Part shown: piece after piece, positions 60,758 through 64,000 of the stretch | How the letters are laid out: every line of letters starts with the position of its first letter | Numbering within the stretch: position 1 is the first letter of the stretch | Notes under the pieces: model-generated | The model's input: the letters and a program-made list of their open reading frames with translations, nothing else | Database searches by the model: none | What the model was told of the DNA's origin: nothing | DNA from: Candidatus Obscuribacteraceae bacterium | GTDB lineage: Bacteria; Cyanobacteriota; Vampirovibrionia; Obscuribacterales; Obscuribacteraceae | DNA length: 64,000 nucleotides | Direction of reading: 5' to 3' | Assembly: GCA_044229845.1 (NCBI GenBank) | Contig: JBGASG010000002.1 | Span: forward strand, 576,001-640,000 | Position numbers and translations under genes: made by a program

Positions 60758-61369
60758 ATGGCGGCACAACTGGGAGTTTTTTGCGGAACGTTCAATCCGA
60801 TTCATGTCGGGCATCTTCTGATTGCCGAGTTTGCCTGGGATCAGTTCGAGCTGGACAAAGTAATCTTCATTCCCAACTCGACGCCGCCGCACAAGAACAA
60901 GGACATCCTCGACAAAGAATCGCGCTACGAACTTGTGCAGGCCGCCATCGCCAACAACGAGCATTTCCAGATCTCGCGCATCGAGATGGATCGCGAGGGA
61001 CCTTCATACACGGTGGACACCCTGACGCAACTCAAGTCGCAGTGGGGAGAAGATACGCAGCTCAACTTGATCATCGGTCAGGACAATCTCGGCTATCTGA
61101 CCGAGTGGCATGACGCGCCGCGTCTTTTCAAACTTTGCCGCATACTGGTGGCATCGCGGCATCTGGTGAAAGCACCGCGTCAGGAGTCCGATGCCGAACT
61201 GAAAGCCATGGCACCGCCCGGCGCCAACGTCGAAATAATTCATTTCCCGGATTTTCCGGTGTCTTCCTCCGAGATACGCAATCGCTTGCGCGCCGGCGGC
61301 ACGGTGCTATATCTGGTGCCACCGGAAGTCAACCACATACTGCTGGAGAAACAACACTATGTCCGGTGA
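60758..61369 (+). CDS. nadD: nicotinate-nucleotide adenylyltransferase
   Basis: GTFNPIHVGH, PPHK, SYTVDTL, IIGQD, VSSSEIR. Confidence 0.95.
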   Translation: MAAQLGVFCGTFNPIHVGHLLIAEFAWDQFELDKVIFIPNSTPPHKNKDILDKESRYELVQAAIANNEHFQISRIEMDREGPSYTVDTLTQLKSQWGEDTQLNLIIGQDNLGYLTEWHDAPRLFKLCRILVASRHLVKAPRQESDAELKAMAPPGANVEIIHFPDFPVSSSEIRNRLRAGGTVLYLVPPEVNHILLEKQHYVR

Positions 61370-62000
61370 CAACTTCGCGCACACCCCGGTTCCTGAGACG
61401 CATATCAATGGCATTCCGGTGAATGTGACGAGCGACTTTCTGCGTGAGTGGGTGCGCCCGCGCGTCAAGCCCAAACGGTTTCGTCACATCGAAGGCGTAG
61501 TGGCAGTGGCGAAGAAACTGGCCAAGCGCGCGCACTGCGACGAACATCTAGCCGAGATAGCAGCCTGGGTGCACGACTGCTGCAAGCACATCAAAGATGA
61601 TGAACTGGTGCGCATGGCGCGCGAATACGGGCTGGTGCTCACGGATCTGGAAGCGCACCACGGACACTTGCTGCATGGACCGGTGGCGGCGGAAGTGGCG
61701 ATGCACGAACTGGACATCACCAATGAAGACGTGCTGAATGCCATAGCTGAACACACTCTCGGCGCGGTGCCGATGAGCACTCTTTCGAAAGTCATTTATT
61801 TGGCGGACGCACTGGAGGAGAGTCGCCCGAAAGATTTCCGGCAACCGATCTGGGATGCGCTGGATTTCGAAGGCACCTGCGACCTGGACAATGCGTTGGT
61901 GGTGGCATGCGAGCAGAGCATCAGGCATCTGATTGCCGCCGGTAAGCCGGTACACCCGCGAACGGAAGAAGTGCGCGACTACTACGCCAATCTTCAGTAG
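61359..62000 (+). CDS. yqeK: HD-domain Ap4A hydrolase, YqeK family
   Basis: RFRH, HDCCK, LLHG, HT.G, YLAD..E..R; follows nadD. Confidence 0.88.
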   Translation: MSGDNFAHTPVPETHINGIPVNVTSDFLREWVRPRVKPKRFRHIEGVVAVAKKLAKRAHCDEHLAEIAAWVHDCCKHIKDDELVRMAREYGLVLTDLEAHHGHLLHGPVAAEVAMHELDITNEDVLNAIAEHTLGAVPMSTLSKVIYLADALEESRPKDFRQPIWDALDFEGTCDLDNALVVACEQSIRHLIAAGKPVHPRTEEVRDYYANLQ

Positions 62001-62010
62001 ATCGGGAGTT

Positions 62011-62244
62011 TTATTTATCCGGGGCGGCGGAGACGTCGCTAGCTTTTTCTTTGTCACGCTTGTGTGCCTGGGCACCGGCAAGCAGCATGAACAGCCCGAA
62101 AAACAACAATACAAAACCCCAGATGAGATTGAGGTTGGATTGCAGCCCCGGACTCATGTGGGACGGCATGAGGATGCCGTAGACAATCAAAACGACACCG
62201 TTGATGACGAAATATGCTCCGATTACTGTTCGCAGTTCAAGCAT
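62011..62244 (-). CDS. small two-TM protein associated with the symporter
   Basis: ELRTVIG..F, NLNLIWG; directly follows the SSS gene. Confidence 0.75.
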   Translation of the reverse strand: MLELRTVIGAYFVINGVVLIVYGILMPSHMSPGLQSNLNLIWGFVLLFFGLFMLLAGAQAHKRDKEKASDVSAAPDK

Positions 62245-62259
62245 GTTGGTTTCGTTTCC

Positions 62260-63867
62260 TCACCAGAAGATGATGTTGAAGATGAGGGCGAAGACGAGGA
62301 CGATCACAGCGACGATGGCGGGTTGTTTATACCAGGGCAAGTTCGCTACTTCAATGGGAGAAGCAGTTCCCCAGACCAGTCCCTGCAGTTCTTCGATGGG
62401 TTTCGGCTTGGTAAAGAAGGTCACCAGAACGGTAACGACGAAACAGATCGTCCAGGCGATGGTCGAACGCCAGAAGTTGCCCGCCATTTCAGAACCATAA
62501 TGGAGCATGCCGGCCTGTTGCATCCAGAAAAGAACGCCGGCACCGAGGGTGCCGCAAACCAGTCCGATGAACGCGCCCCATGGTGAGGTGCGTTTCCAGA
62601 ACATACCCAGTAAGAAAGTGGCGAACAGCGGCGCATTGAAGAATGAAAAGATGGTCTGCATGTAGTCCATGATGCTGGCGCTGTTCATAACCAGATACGC
62701 CGTAAAGATGGAAACGACGATACCGGCTGCGGTGGCAATGCGTCCCACCCACAGGTAATGCTTGTCGCTTTTGTCTTTGCCAAGATAAGTCTGATAGATG
62801 TCGTAGGTCCAGACCGTGTTGAAGGCGGTGATGTTGCCTGCCATGCCGGACATGAAGCTGGCGAGCATGGCGGTCAAGCCAATTCCCAGCATGCCCGGTG
62901 GGTAGAACTGAGCCAGCATGAGAGGCAATGCCTGGTTCCACGACAGGTCGGTCTTGTTGGTGCCCAGTCCGGGCACCAGCACCAGTGCCAGCATACCGGG
63001 TACAACTGTGATGAACGGAAACAGCACTTTCGGAAATGCTGCAATCAAAGGAGTGCGCTGAGCGGCGGGCAAACTTTCGGCGGCCAGCGCTCGTTGAATG
63101 ACGAGAAAGTCGGTGCACCAGTAGCCGAAAGACAGCACGAAGCCCAGTCCGGTCACCAATCCGATCCAGTCGATTTGCATCGGGTTGTGGTAACTGGCGG
63201 TGTGCGCCCACAAGTTGCCGTAGCCGGGCGGCATCTTGGCGATCATCGCCTGCCAGCCGCCGGTCTTCATCAATCCCAAAATTGTCAGCGGCACGAAACC
63301 GAGGACGATCAGGAAAAACTGCAGCACTTCGTTGTAGATAGACGAAGTCAGGCCACCAAGCATGGTGTAAGCCAGAACCACGGAAGCAGAAACGATGATC
63401 GAGGCGTTCATGTCCCAGCCTAGCAACAGCTTGAACACAAGCGCCATCGCGTACATGTTGATGCCCGACATGAGCACCGTCATCACCGCGAAGGAGACGG
63501 CATTGAACGCGCGCGTCGGTTCGTTGAAACGCAGTTTCAAATATTCGGGCACGCTGCGGATGCGCGAACCGTAGTAGAACGGCATCATGAAAACAGCCAG
63601 GAACAGCATGGCGGGAATAGCGCCCACCCAATAGAAGTGAGCCGTCATGATGCCGTACTGGGCACCATTGGCAGCCATACCCATCACTTCGATGGCGCCC
63701 AGGTTGGCAGAGATAAATGCCAATCCTGTGATCCAACTGGGAATCGAACGACCAGAGAGGAAGAAATCCTCGCTGTTCTTCATGTTGCGCTTCAGTGCAA
63801 TGCCGATGCCCAGAACAAACGCGAAGTAAATTCCGATGATCAGGTAATCGACAAAGCCAATATTCAC
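62260..63867 (-). CDS. sodium:solute symporter (SSS family)
   Basis: DFFLSGRS, ANLGAIE, SVPEYLKLRF, GGL.SS.YNE.LQF, QRALAA. Confidence 0.93.
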   Translation of the reverse strand: MNIGFVDYLIIGIYFAFVLGIGIALKRNMKNSEDFFLSGRSIPSWITGLAFISANLGAIEVMGMAANGAQYGIMTAHFYWVGAIPAMLFLAVFMMPFYYGSRIRSVPEYLKLRFNEPTRAFNAVSFAVMTVLMSGINMYAMALVFKLLLGWDMNASIIVSASVVLAYTMLGGLTSSIYNEVLQFFLIVLGFVPLTILGLMKTGGWQAMIAKMPPGYGNLWAHTASYHNPMQIDWIGLVTGLGFVLSFGYWCTDFLVIQRALAAESLPAAQRTPLIAAFPKVLFPFITVVPGMLALVLVPGLGTNKTDLSWNQALPLMLAQFYPPGMLGIGLTAMLASFMSGMAGNITAFNTVWTYDIYQTYLGKDKSDKHYLWVGRIATAAGIVVSIFTAYLVMNSASIMDYMQTIFSFFNAPLFATFLLGMFWKRTSPWGAFIGLVCGTLGAGVLFWMQQAGMLHYGSEMAGNFWRSTIAWTICFVVTVLVTFFTKPKPIEELQGLVWGTASPIEVANLPWYKQPAIVAVIVLVFALIFNIIFW

Positions 63868-63894
63868 AGTTACGTGCTTTCGCGCTACTGGCGA

Positions 63895-64000
63895 TTACGC
63901 ACTGAAATCGTCTTGCGAGCCGAAATCACCACCGCCGCCGCCGGCGCTGTCTTTCTTGCTGCCGAGCAAACGCAGGTTGGTGCCGTGTATATACGGGCGG
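63895..64000 (-). CDS. ssb: 3' end of single-stranded DNA-binding protein (partial)
   Basis: RPYIHGTNLRLLGSKKDSAGGGGGDFGSQDDFSA* resembles the last OB-fold strand plus Gly/acidic tail of SSB. Confidence 0.65.
   Translation of the reverse strand, partial: RPYIHGTNLRLLGSKKDSAGGGGGDFGSQDDFSA

Overview
A 64-kb window of GC-rich bacterial chromosome with no integrase, transposase, phage or cas genes. The ClpX termini, HU, MnmE and SSB look cyanobacterial, yet a LonA protease is present and no photosynthesis genes are visible. This suggests a non-photosynthetic Cyanobacteriota relative (Vampirovibrionia/Melainabacteria, probably Obscuribacterales); that assignment is inference only. Housekeeping genes: mnmE, dxr-upp, tig-clpP-clpX-lon, two HU genes, tRNA-Gly(GCC), alr-nadD-yqeK and the 3' end of ssb. 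Accessory genes: a NatAB-like ABC transporter with CPBP proteases; secreted proteins (DUF4253 lipoprotein, TPR-double aspartyl protease, TPR-caspase); an NlpC/P60 protein; stress genes; a Ser/Thr kinase; SulP; and an aminotransferase/ALDH/acyl-CoA dehydrogenase operon. The two best candidates for an undescribed system are (1) a six-gene operon at 9.5-18 kb (UbiA, RPH-architecture dikinase, BtaA/DUF3419, prenol-kinase-like, GNAT, OleC-like ligase) that looks like an unknown lipid or metabolite pathway, and (2) a three-gene operon at 42.4-49.2 kb encoding three roughly equal-length (about 440-470 aa) 11-residue-repeat (hendecad) helical rods. Smaller oddities: a perfect 27-bp inverted repeat enclosing a structured 96-nt core, a PIN/VapC relic with two deletions, a ChpT-like pseudokinase, and histone-H1-like tails on Lon and HU. 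All calls come from motif recognition by eye; no searches were run.
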